Below, in pieces: positions 49,481 to 61,432 of a stretch of DNA of 64,000 nucleotides; position 1 is the stretch's first letter; each line of letters begins with the position of its first letter. The stretch lies in NCBI RefSeq assembly GCF_044704955.1, contig NC_091995.1, forward strand, positions 2,728,001-2,792,000, written 5' to 3'. The notes under the pieces were generated by a model. It had not been told where the DNA came from. It searched no databases and saw nothing but the letters and a program-made list of their open reading frames with translations. A program made the position numbers and the translations under genes. Source of the DNA: Pristiophorus japonicus. Lineage: Eukaryota.

Positions 49481-51481
49481 GATGATGTCACTGAATGTAT
49501 TTAAATAAGACAAGGTATTACCTTCAGAAATGAGATTGTGTCTTGCTCCTCCATCTGTCTCTTTAACTCGGATATCTCTCGATTAATACCATTTAACTTC
49601 TGTTGGATTCCATTGAGGATCACATCCATTGATTTTAGAATATTCCCCTCTTGTTTCCTGAGATCTCTGATCAAACGCTGCTCTTTATCACTGAGAATCT
49701 GGTGCATTTTAGCGAACTCTGATGCTATGTGGTTCTGCAGAATGCTCGACTGTTCCTACCAAATGAAATGTGAAACATAATTCATGTACCGTGAAATAGG
49801 GAACAAAACTAACCGAGATCCCAGAAAATCAGCACAGGGAGACATAGGAACATAGAAAATAGGTGCAGGAGCAGGCCATTCGGCCCTTCGAGCCTGCACC
49901 GCCATTGAATATGTTCATTGGCTGATCATTCAACTTCAGAACACTCCCGCCTCCTCTCTATAACCGCTGAATCCCTTAGCCGTAAGAGCCAAATCTAAAT
50001 CCCTCCTGAATATATCCAACAACTGGACTCAACAATTTTCTGTGGTAGAGAATTCCACAGGTGCACCACTCTCTGGGTGAAAAAGTTTCTCCTCATCTCG
50101 GTCCTATATGGCTTACCCCTTATCCTCAGACTGAGGCCCCTGATTCTGGACTTGCCCAACATCCGGAACATTCTTGCTGCATCGAACCTGTCCAGTTCCT
50201 TACCCTAACTCCGGAAATCTGCTGTTCCTGTCGCCGTGCGGTGTCCAGAGCCGAATCCTTTCTCTTTGTCGCCGATTCCAGGGATGATTTCAGTTTATCC
50301 TGCAATTAGAAATTAAATTAGTGTAAAGTTTAAACACAAGATGTTTAAATGTTGCCAGAGATTCTACCCTCCATGTTACCCTGTACATCTGTGCAGCCTC
50401 CATCAGTCCCACGAAGTTGTGGGTCTTATGCCCCGGGCCCTCTGTCACGACCAGACACTTCACACAGATCAGTTTCTTGTCAGTTTCACAATACAGCATC
50501 AGTTCTTCCTGATGTTCCCCACAGAGATGTTTACTGTCTCTATCTTTGGCATTCACGGTTATTTTTCGAACTTTCTCCGCCAGATTCGCCAAGGCCCGAT
50601 TAACCTTGAGGTTTATTTCCGGAAACTCCTCTCTTCATTCCGGGCAGCAGTTTGTCTCCGTCTTATCCCAACACTGTGTGATACAGGAGCGGCAGAAATT
50701 GTGCCCACACTCCAGCATTACTGGGTCGGTGAAGAAATCCAGACAAATGGGACAATTTAAATCTTCGGACAAAGTCTGGGACTGCTGTGGGGAAGTCATG
50801 TTCTCTCTCAGCACTTCCTGATTCAATCCGCTCCCAGTTTCAATGTTTGTTTAAAGGGAGGAGCCAGAGCGAGTTTCGACACAAACCTGCCCGACCTGTT
50901 CAGCACTGAGATGTTTACCAGTGCTCAGAGGTAAACGCCGACATTAGAATACACGAGGGAAAAGATGGAGCGTTGTTTGTGTGGAGATTTCCCAGTAGGA
51001 CGTTAAGCGCTTCATCTCTTCCCAGAGAACACTGGACCTGTGGATCCAGGTGCCCGCTGACAGTGGGCGATGATTGACGGGATTCCTTCAGGAGAGAGTT
51101 GGACCTGTTTCTGGGTGGGGAGGAGATGGCCTGGGACCACAGATAGCTAGCCTGATGGCTAGGGACAGTGTGATCTCCTAGGTTACTTTTCATGACCTAA
51201 AGGAGCCGGAGAGGAATTTTTCAGATTCTACCCACCCCCAGGAGATTATGTGACTCCCTGGGGGTTTGGAGTGTCTCTGTGACGACACATGAAGGCAGCA
51301 CAACTGTATGGGACAGTCTGGGGAGAACCGATGAACTCTTCTGTTTGGTTTTTTCGTATGTTCGCTGTTCAATGTTACATTCTGTTGATGGAAAATGAAA
51401 CAATCCGCTCACAGGACAGTATCAGTCAGTATTTAGGTTTAATCAGTAAATTGTGGATCTATAGACAATGTTAAACAGAGA

Positions 51482-51944
51482 ATGAAAGAAAGTCTAGAAT
51501 TTATATAGCGCCTTTCACGACTACTGGACGTCTCAAAGCGCGTTTCAACCAATGATGTACTTTTGAATCGTAGTCACTGTTGTCATGAGGGAAACGCAGC
51601 AGGCAATTTGCGCACAGCAAGCTCCCACAACCAGCAATGTGATAATGACCAGATAATCTGTTTTTACTTCTGCTGATTGAGGGATGAATATTAGCCAGGA
51701 CACTGGGGATAACTCCACTGATCTTCTTCGAAATAGTGCCATGGGATCCTTTCAATCCACCTGAAAGAGCAGAAGGGGCCTCGGTTTAACGTCTCCTGCA
51801 AAAGGCAATACCTCCGACAGTGCGGCGTTCCCTTCGTACTGCACTGGAGTACCAAGCCTCGATTTTTTTGTTTAAGTCCCTGGAGTCGGCCTTAAACCCG
51901 CAAACCTCTGACACACAGTGTGAGAGTGCTATCCACTGAGACAC
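51482..51944 (-). mobile_element. SacSINE1-like SINE (unit 3 copy)
   Basis: Diverged duplicate of 4345-4807. Confidence 0.78.
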
Positions 51945-52082
51945 TAATAATAACGCACAAGAATAGAAATTGACAGCATTTTGAATGTGGGTTGTATTCG
52001 CAACTGTTTCCCGTGGCAAGCTGTGGATGGACATCCATTAACGGAGCAAAGAATAGTGTAAAAGGAGCAGGAAGTAAATGGA

Positions 52083-53225
52083 GAGATAAATCAAACAGGA
52101 TTATGATATAGTGGCTGAAGCGGAGAGTTGGCTTCAACATGGGAAAGAATTGGAACTAAACATTCCAGGCTATAATATATTCAGGAAGGATTGGGATGAG
52201 AAAAAGACAGGAAGGAGGGGGGTGCGGGGGTGGGGGCGGGGGGGAGGCGGTGGCAGTATTGATCAAGGATAATCTTACTTGGATGTAGGGGGTATGATTA
52301 AGAAGTTTGCAAATGACACTAAAATGGGCTGTGTGGTTGATAATGAAAAGAAAGCTGCGGACCGCAGGAAGATATCAGTGTACTGCTCAGGTGGGCAGAA
52401 CAGTGGCAAATGGAATTCAATCTGGATAATTATGAGTTAATGCATTTGGAGAGGGCCAACAAGGCAAGGGAATACACATTAAATGGTAGGGCACTGAAAA
52501 GTGTTCAGGAACAACGAGACCTTGGAGTGCAGATCCACAGATCCCTTAAGGTTGCAGGCCAGGTAGATAAGGTAGGTAGGAAGGCATATGGAATGCTTGC
52601 CTTTATTAGTAGAGGCATAGAGTAAAAGAGGAGGGAGGTTCTGCTTGAACTGTATAAAACACTTGTTAGGCCACAGCTGGAGTACTGCATGCAGTTCTGG
52701 TCACCACATTACATGAAAGATGTGATTGCACTGCAAAGGGTGCAGAGGAGATTCACAAGAATGTTGCCGGACTGGAACATTTTGGCTCTGAGGGAAGATT
52801 GGAGATGCTGGGTCTGACTTCTTTGTAACAGAGGAGGCTGAGCGGAGAACTAATTGAGGTGTATACAATTATGAGGGGCCTGGTTATATTGGATAGGAAG
52901 GACCTGTTTCCCTTGGAAGAGGGGTTAACAACCAGGGGGTGTAGATTAAAATTAATTGGGGGGAGGTGTAGAGGAGATATATGGGGAAATTTCTTCACCC
53001 AGAGGGTGGAGAAGGTCTGTAACTCACTGCATGAAGGGTGGTAGAGGCAGTAACCCTCACCACATTTAACAATTACCTGGATGTGCACCTAACGTGCTGT
53101 AGCCTACAGAGCTATGGACTGAGAGTGGGGAAGTGAGATTAGGCTGGATAGCTCTTGGTCGGCCGGCATGGACACGATGGGCCGAAATGGCCTCCTTTCG
53201 TGCTGTAAATTTCTAATATTCTATA
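52083..53225 (+). mobile_element. CR1 endonuclease remnant plus CR1 3' fragment, unit 3 only
   Basis: gaactaaacattccaggctataatatattcaggaaggat (ELNIPGYNIFRKD), then KFANDTK, QRDLGVQIH..LK and the 3' tail. Confidence 0.82.
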
Positions 53226-54092
53226 ATAGGTTAGTCTCCCCCTTGGCCCAGATTCTCTAGCACAAAGGGTACAACACATTTACCACCCCTGGGATTGGTT
53301 CAATTTTAAACTTGAATGATGTTAGTTACCCAATTAAGAACTCCACATTCACCACCTGTACATGTATGCTAATATCAGATACATCACCTTGTGTGCTGTA
53401 CCACGACTACTTGTATTTATATAGCACCTTTAATGTAGTGAGTTATCCCAAGGCTCTTCACAGTAATATTATAAGAGAAAACATTTAACACCGAGCCACA
53501 TAAGGAGAAAGTAGAGCAGGTGACGCCATAGTTGGTGGAAGAAGTGGATTTTAAGGTGCGTCCTAAAGAAGGATAGAGAGGCGGAGAATTCCAGAGCAAC
53601 ATAAGGCACAGCCACCAATGGTTGAGCGAATATAATCTGGGATGCTCCAGAGGAAAGCAGAAGAACCACACGGCAGGGTGGGGGTCCTGCTGGAGGAGAT
53701 ATTTTATTTCAATTCGTTCATGGGATGTGGGTATTGCTGGCAAGTCCAGCATTTACTCTCCATCTCTAAGTGCCATTGAACGGCTTGCTACGTGATTTCA
53801 GATGACAGTTAAGAGTCCAGAGTCACATACAGGCCAGACCGGGTGAGGACAGCAGGTTTCCTTCCCTCACAGAGATTGGTGAACCAGATGGGTTTTTACA
53901 ACAATTTTGTTATTTCATGCTCACCATTACTAATACGAGCTTTTTAATTCCAAATTTATCGAATTAACCAAAATTTGAATTTCACAGTTGCCATTGCAGG
54001 ATTGGAACTCACATCTTTTCTGGTTCATTAAACCAGGCATCGGGATTAGCAGTCCAGTAACACAACCGCTATGCTACCATCCCCTTACAGCA

Positions 54093-54724
54093 GGGGGAGC
54101 CGATATTGATGAACTCACCGCCCACTGCCGACGACTGCCGCCCACTGCCGCCAACATTCCTCTGCTCGAACCGCCCAGTGCCAGTGGCCTGGAGCGGGCG
54201 GGAGGGGAGAGCCGCCAGCAAGCGCCCGCTGACGTCAGCGGATGGTTGTTGCATGTGAGTAGACTCCCACACGCCGAGATGCCAGATTTGGTGCAGGCGG
54301 GAGTCGGCGGTGGACCGCTGCGTTGAGGCTGCTCTATCCTGAACGATGAGTGTCAAGATCCGGTAAAAAATGGTTTTAAATCATTTCTTTACAGGTACTC
54401 ACCTGGATGGGGTCTCCTGATGTTCTCAGATGTTCCTCTTTTTTTGTTTGTTGATGATTTTTATATTTATCTCTTCGACCCTCCGTGGGCCCGACTCCAC
54501 CCTCGGTGACACTTGGGCAGCAAGCGCCTCTGCCGCCGAGAATGAGACCTCCTGCCCGCTGCCGCTCAGATTGGTGGTGTACGTCGTCCATTTGCCACCC
54601 GCCGACCTTCGAGGGACCTCGATGATGAAAATCCCACGCAAAATACCGTCCGGTACCTCGGCGGCCATCGGCGGAATGTTGGCCGTCACTTGGCCGGGCA
54701 GAGGCCTTGACCAAATTCTGCCGC
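54093..54724. mobile_element. GC/CpG-rich non-autonomous element (MITE-like) lying between L2 fragments
   Basis: Abrupt CpG-rich block between L2-like sequence (about 53415-53700 and 54725-54820). Terminal repeats were not convincingly resolved. Confidence 0.4.
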
Positions 54725-54839
54725 ATGGAGGGGCGAGGCCATGGAGGCATTTGAAAATAAGGAGGAGAATTTTGATATTGAGGCTTTGCTTAACTGGGAG
54801 CCAATTTGGTCAGTGAGCACAGGTTTTTTTTCTTCTTTC

Positions 54840-55886
54840 CAGGATGTGGGCATCGCTGGTAAGACAGAATTTATTGCCCATTATAATTACCCTTGAGAAG
54901 ATAATGTTGAGCATGTCTTCTTGAACCGCTGCAGTCCGTGTGGTGAAGGTGCTCCCACAGTGCTGTTAGGGAGTGAGTTCCAGGATTTTTTGACCGAGCC
55001 ACGATGCAGGAATGGCCGATATATTTCCAAGTCAGGATGGTGTGTAACTTGGAGGGGAACTTGCAGGTGGTGGTGTTCCCATGCGCCTGCTGACTTTGAT
55101 CTTCTAGGTGATCGAGGTCGCTGGTTTTGGAGGTGCTGCCGATGAAGCCTTTGATGAGTTGTTGCAGTGCATCTTATAGATGGTACACATTGCAGCCACA
55201 GTGCACCGGTGGTGGAGGGAGTGGATGTTGAAAGTGGTGGATGGGATGTCAATCAAGTGGGCTGCTTTGTCCTGCATGCTGTCGAGATTCTTGAGTGTTG
55301 TTGGAGCTGCACTCATCCAGACAAGTTGAGAGTATTCCATCGGACTCCTGATTTGTACTTTGTAGATGGTGGAAAGGCATTGAAGATTCAGGAGGTGAGA
55401 CACGCGCCGCAGAATACCCGGCCTCTGATCTGCTCTTATTGCCACAACACTTATGTGACTGGTCCATTTAAGGTCCTGGTCAATGGTGAGCTCCAGGGTG
55501 ATGGGTGAGCGGGACGTGGTATGATTTAAGACTTGGGTAGCCGAGTTTTGATCACTTCTAGTTTATTAAGCAAAGAATGTTGATGCCAACCGGAAGTGCG
55601 TTGGAATAGTCAAGCCTGGACCTAACAATGGCATGGATGAGTGCTTCAGCAATGGAGGCATGTTAGAATGGTGCAAATAGGCGGTCTTAGTTATGCTGTA
55701 GATATGTGGTGGGAAGCTCATTTCAGGGTCAAATATCACACCAACATTGTGAACAGTCTGGTTCGGTGTCAGAAAGATATTAGGGAGAGGGATGAAGTCA
55801 ATGCTAGGGAACAGAGTTTGTAGCAGGGAACAAAAACATCAGCTTCAGTCTTCCCAATGTTGAATTGGTGAAAATTATTGCTCAAC
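54840..55886 (-). mobile_element. Same LINE fragments in unit 3, with the 3' end retained
   Basis: ORF 55104-55445 continues as HSLHHRCTVAAMCTIYKMHC into the family 3' tail. Confidence 0.75.
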
Positions 55887-58423
55887 TAGGCAGCATCAAA
55901 CAAGAAATTAGGAATGCATACAATAAAGGTACAGCAGTTATCATGGGCGACTTTAATCGACATATAGATTGGTCGAACCAAACTGGTAGCAATACGATGG
56001 AGGAAGATTTCCTGGAGTGTATTAAGGATGGTTTTCTGGACCAATATGTCGAGGAACTAAATAGAGGGTTGGCCATCCTAGACTGGGTGATGTGTAATGA
56101 GAAAGGAATAATTAGCAATCTTGTTGTGCGAGGCCCCTTGGGGAAGAGTGACCATAATATGGTAGAATTCTTTATTAAGATGTAAAGTGACGCAGTTCAT
56201 TCAGAGACTAGGGTCCTGAACTTAAGGAAAGGTAACTTCGATGGTATGAGACCTGAATTGGCTGGAATAGACTGGCAAATGATACTTAAGGGGTTGATGA
56301 TGGATAGGCAATGGCAAACATTTAAAGTTCACAAGAATGAACTTCAACAATTGTACATCCCTGTCTTGAGTATAAAATAAAACGGGGAAGGTGGCTCAAC
56401 CGTGGCTAACAAGGGAAATTAAGGAGAGTGTTAAATCCAAGGAATTGGCCAGAAAAAGCAGCAAACCTAAGGACTGGGAGAAATTTGTAATTCAGCAGAA
56501 GAGGACAAAGTGTTTAATTAGGAGGGCGAAAATAGAGTATGAGAGAAAGCTTGCTAGGAACATAAAAACTGACTGCAAAAGCTTGTATAGATATGTGAAG
56601 AGAAAAAGATTAGTGAAGACAAATGTAGGTCCCTTGCAGTCAGACTGAGGTGAAGTTATAATGGGGAACAAAGAAATGGCAGACCAGTTGAACAAATACT
56701 TTGGTTCTGTCTTCACAAAGGAAGACACAAATAACCTTCCAGAAGTACTAGGGGATCGAGGGGCTAGTGAGAAGAAGGAACTGAAGGATATCCTTATGAG
56801 GCGGAAATTGTGTTAGGGAAATTGATAGGATTGAAGGCCGATAAATCCCCGGGGCCTGATAGTCTGCATCCCAGAGTACTTAAGGAAGTTGCCCTAGAAA
56901 TAGTGGATGCATTGGTAATCATTTTCCAACAGTCTATCGACTCTGGATCAGTTCCTATGGACTGGAGAGAAGCTAATGTAACACCACTTTTTAAAAAAAG
57001 ATGGGAGAGAGAAAACGGGGAATTATAGGCCAGTTAGCCTGACATCTGTAGTGGGGAAAATGTTGCAATCAATTATTAAAGATGAAATAAGAGCGCATTT
57101 GAAAAGCAGTGACAGGATCGGTCCAAGTCAGTCTGGATTTATGAAAGGGAAATAGTGCTTGACAAATCTTATACAATTTTTTGAGGATGTAACTAGTAGA
57201 GTGGACAAGGGAGATCCAGTGGATGTGGTGTATTTGGACTTTCAAAAGGCTTTTGACAAGGACCCACACAAGAGATTGGTGTGCAAAATTAAAGCACATG
57301 GTATTGGGGGTAATGCACTGACGTGGATAGAGAACTGGTTGGCAGACAGGAAGCAGAGATTTGGGATAAACGGGTTGTTTTCAGAATGGCAGGCAGTGAC
57401 CAGTGAGGTGCCACAGGGCTCAGTGCTGGGACCCCAGCTATTTACAAAATACATTAATGATTTGGATGAAGGATTTGAGTGTAATATCTCCAAGTTTGCA
57501 GATGACACTAAACTGGTTGTCAGTGTGAGCTGTGAGGAGAATGCTAAGAGGCTGCAGGGTGACTTGGACACGTTAGGTGAGTGGGCAAATGCATGGCAGA
57601 TGCAGTATAATGGATAAATGTGAGGTTATCCACTTTGGTGGCAAAAAGATGAAAGCAGAATATTATCTGAATGGCAGCAAATTCGGAAAAGGGGAGGTGC
57701 AACGAGACCTGGGTGCCATGGTACATCAAGTCATTGAAAGTAGGCATGCAGGTCGAGCAGGCAGTGAAGAAGGCAAGTGGTATGTTGGCCTTCATAGCTC
57801 GGGGATTTGAGTATAGGACCAGGGAGGTCTTACTGCAGTTGGAGAGGGCCTTGATGAGGCCTCACGTGGAACATTGTGTTCAGTTTTGGTCTCCTAATCT
57901 GAGGAAGGACGTTCTTGCTTTTGAGAGAGTGCAGCGAAGGTTCACCAGAATGATTCCCGGGATGGCAGGACTGACATATGAGGAGAGAATGGACCGACTG
58001 GGCATTTATTCACTTCAGTTTAGAAGGATGAGAGGGGATCTCATAGACACACATAAAATTCTGACGGAACTGGACAGGTTAGATGCAGGAAGAATGTTCC
58101 CGATGTTGGAGAAGTCCAGAGCCAGGGGTCACAGTCTAAGGATAAGTGATAAGCCATTTCGGACTGAGATGAGGAGAAACTTCTTCACTCAGAGAGTTGT
58201 TAACCTGTGGAATTCCCTGCCACAGAGAGTTGTTGATGCCAGTTCATTGGATATATTCAAGAGGGAGTTAGATAATGCCCTTACGACTAAAGGAATTAAG
58301 GGGTATGGAGAGAAAGCAGGAAAGGGGTACTGAGGTGAATGATCAGCCATGATCTTATTGAATGGTGGTGCAGGCTCAAAGTGCGAATGACCTACTCCTG
58401 CACCTACTTTCTATGTTTCTATG
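55887..58423 (+). mobile_element. CR1 LINE ORF2 (unit 3 copy)
   Basis: Same insertion. Retains a longer 220-aa C-terminal ORF (57671-58333). Confidence 0.93.
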
Positions 58424-58944
58424 GATGTCCGACAACAACATGACAATTCAGAGACTGTGGAGACATCGAGAGAGGTGGTGGTGAGGTAGAGTTGGCTGTC
58501 ATTAGCGTACATGTAAGCTAATATCAGACACTTCAGTTGCCCTCTTCACCATGAGCTTGAAACAGCCACGGTATTCTGATCCCTCCCACAAACAGGTAAC
58601 ACTGTTTGGAATTATTCTCTCACTTTTGTTGTTCACCTGTCCCCAGCCATGATTGCAAAGCTTCTACCGAGAACCTTCAAATAAAGCATGTAACTGAGCT
58701 CGATCGATTTGCCGACCATTGCCGTACAACATGTGGAATACAAAATCAAAATTACAGATCACTGTGTAAATGTAAATCACGATGTGGGACAAGGAGCCAG
58801 AGATATAAACTAGTAAAAGCCAGGTTCAGGGCGGATGATCGGAAGCACTTCTCCATGGAATGGGTGATAAACACTGGAATTTGAATTAGAGATGGACAAT
58901 AAAAGCAGCCTTTCCAATGTGGACCCCTTCTCGAAAACAGCAGC

Positions 58945-59746
58945 ATTCCAAAGGGATCGCTCCTTCCGCGACATCCTGGTCTCCTCTCTCATCCCCAGCA
59001 CCCCCTCCCCTTCCCACGGCATCTTCCTGTGCAAGCGCAGGAGATGCAACACCCGCTCTTTTACCACCTCCCTTCCCACCGTTCAGGGCCCCAAACATCC
59101 TCTACATTGGGCAGACCAAACGCAGATTGGGTGACTGCTTTGTGGAACAACTCTGTTCAGTCCGTAAGTGTGACCCTGAGCTTCCGGTCGCATGTCACTT
59201 TAATTCTCCGCTCCACTCCACTCCCACTCTGACCTCTCGGTCCTCGGTTTCTTACACTGTTCGAATGAAGCTCACCGTAAGCGCAGGGAACAGCAGCTCA
59301 TGTTTTACATACTTCTGGACTCAACATCGAGATCTACAATTTCATTCCATAAACTCTGCCCCTATATTTTCGGATGGCAGCTATTGATTGTTCTGATATT
59401 CCCAGATACATCTCTTCTCGACCTATCTTTTCTTTCTTTACTTGTCCCATTACCATCTCCTTTTGCTTTGTACAATCATACGTCTTATTATTTCATCATT
59501 CCTGCTTTCCACCCTATCACAGACCTTCCCTTTTGTTCATTCCTCCCCCCAATGCGCCCCTCCCCACCTTTCCCTATCCCTGCAGTTGGTTAAAACCTGT
59601 CACATCTCTAATAAAAACCAGAAAATGCTGGAATTCTCAGCAGGTCAGTCAGCATCTGTGGAGAGGAAGCAGAGTTAACATTTCGGGTCAATGACCCTTG
59701 GTCAGATTGGACCAGAATCGTTAAATCTGCTTCCTCTCCACAGATG
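58945..59746 (+). mobile_element. Penelope-like fragment (unit 3 copy)
   Basis: Diverged duplicate of 8620-9425. Confidence 0.82.
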
Positions 59747-60375
59747 TTTTTCAAGGATACACTCAAAGCCTCCTTGATAAAATGCAACATTCCCACCGAC
59801 ACCTGGGAGTCCCTGGCCAAAGACTGCCCTAAGTGGAGGAAGAGCATCCGGGAGGGCGCTGAGCACCTCGAGTCTTGTCGCCGAGAGCATGCAGAAACCA
59901 AGCGCAGGCAAAACCTCCCTGAGTAAAGCAATCCAGGGAACCGGACAAGCATGGCCGGTACTCCTGCCCACCTTATTGATGAGACTGTGTGCTACACCGA
60001 ACCGCACAACAGCACTTACCCCTTATGTACTAATAACTGGACGAGCAATAAAACTTCCCAAGGAAACAGTGAAGGGAGAAGTAGAGTTTGGATCTTTACA
60101 CTATAGAATTAGCAAGTATGTGACGGAACTGAGTCGGCAGTTGAAAGATATGTGAAAGGATGTGTGCGATAACGAGGAAGAGGAAGACAAGGATAAAGGA
60201 ACAAAACCCCCGGCACTGGTACACGAGGTGGGGGCAAGGGTAATGGTTAAGGTGTTAACAGAAAAATTTGGATTTGCACCCTGACATAGCGGACCCGATG
60301 AAGTACTGATTAGCGGAGACATGTGTGCATGTGTAAATATGAAAGGTGAGGGCCGCTGGAAAATGACAATGGGTA

Positions 60376-61432
60376 AAGGTTGATATGTGTTTTTGTAACT
60401 GGAAGGCGGTATCCAGTGGGGTTCCACAGGGCTCAGTGCTGGGACGTTTGCTTTTTGTAGTATATATCAATGACTTGGGCTTGAATGTTAAGGGTATGAA
60501 TAGGACGTTTTCAGATGATAGAAAGATAGTCTGCGTGGATGAAAATGGAAAGAAAGCTTCGGACGACAGGAAGATATCAATGTACTGGTCAGGTGGGTAG
60601 AACAATGGCAAATAGAATTAAATCCACATACGTTGGCGGTCATGCATTTGGGGCGGTCTGACAAGGCAAAGGAATAAATATTCAATCGTATGACGCTGAA
60701 AAGTGTAGAGCAATAAAAGGACCTTGGAGTGCAGGTCCACAGCTCCCTGAAGGTAGCAGGCCAAGTAGATATGGTGATGAAGAAGGCATATGGAATACTT
60801 GCCTTTATTTGTCGAGGCATAGAATACAACAGCAAGGACGTTATGCTTGAAGTTAATAAAGCACTGGTTTGGCCACAGTTAGAGTACTGTGTGCGGTTCT
60901 GATCACCACATTACAGGAAAGATGTGACTGCACTAGAGAGGGTACAGAGGAGATTTACAAGAATGTTGGCTGGACTGAAGAATTTTGGCTATGAGGAAAG
61001 ATTGGAGATGCTGAGTCTGTTTACTTTGGAACAGAGGAGGCTGAGGGGAGACCTGATTGAGGTGTATATAATTATGAGGGGCCTAGATAGAGTGGAAAGT
61101 AAGGGCCTGTTTCCGCTGGCAGAGGGGGTCAACCACCAGGGGCCATGGAATAAAAGTTATTGGAGGGAGGTATAGAGGAGATATGAGGTAAACTCTCGTC
61201 ACGCAGAAGATTGTTGGGGTCGGGAACTCACTGCCTGAATGGGTTGTAGAGGGAGAAACCCTCACCACATTTTAAAAATACCTGCATGTGCACTTAAAGT
61301 GCCGTAACCTACAGAACTCGGACCAAGAGCTGCAAAGTAGGATTAGGCTGGGTAGCTCTTGGTTTGCTGGTGCAGACGCGATGAGTCGATATGGCCTCCT
61401 TCCAAGCTGTAAATTTCTAAGATGCTATGATG
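60376..61432 (+). mobile_element. CR1 3' fragment (unit 3 copy)
   Basis: Duplicate of 10055-11110. Confidence 0.87.

Larger units (their letters stand above)
41158..50799 (-). pseudogene. TRIM copy C, probable pseudogene
   Basis: Exons 50799-50380 (420), 50299-50204 (96), 49755-49522 (234), 45482-45460 (23), 45371-45256 (116), 41700-41158, splice sites intact. TGA replaces TGT at the last RING Cys (50637-50635). A 2-bp deletion near 41298 (CAG GTG TCA to CAG GTC A) shifts the SPRY frame. Confidence 0.88.

Noticed and set aside
50635-50637. In-frame TGA exactly at a conserved Cys codon, suggesting selenocysteine
   Set aside because: It is one substitution from TGT, the same copy has a downstream frameshift, and I could not identify a SECIS. 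Ordinary nonsense mutation is simpler.
52211-52253. G-quadruplex-forming run
   Set aside because: It is a G-run expansion within a dead CR1 endonuclease fragment, with no supporting context.
52079-55225. Single transposon insertion with TGGA target-site duplication
   Set aside because: The segment is a mix of unrelated repeats and the flanking LINE continues across its right boundary, which fits deletion in the other units.
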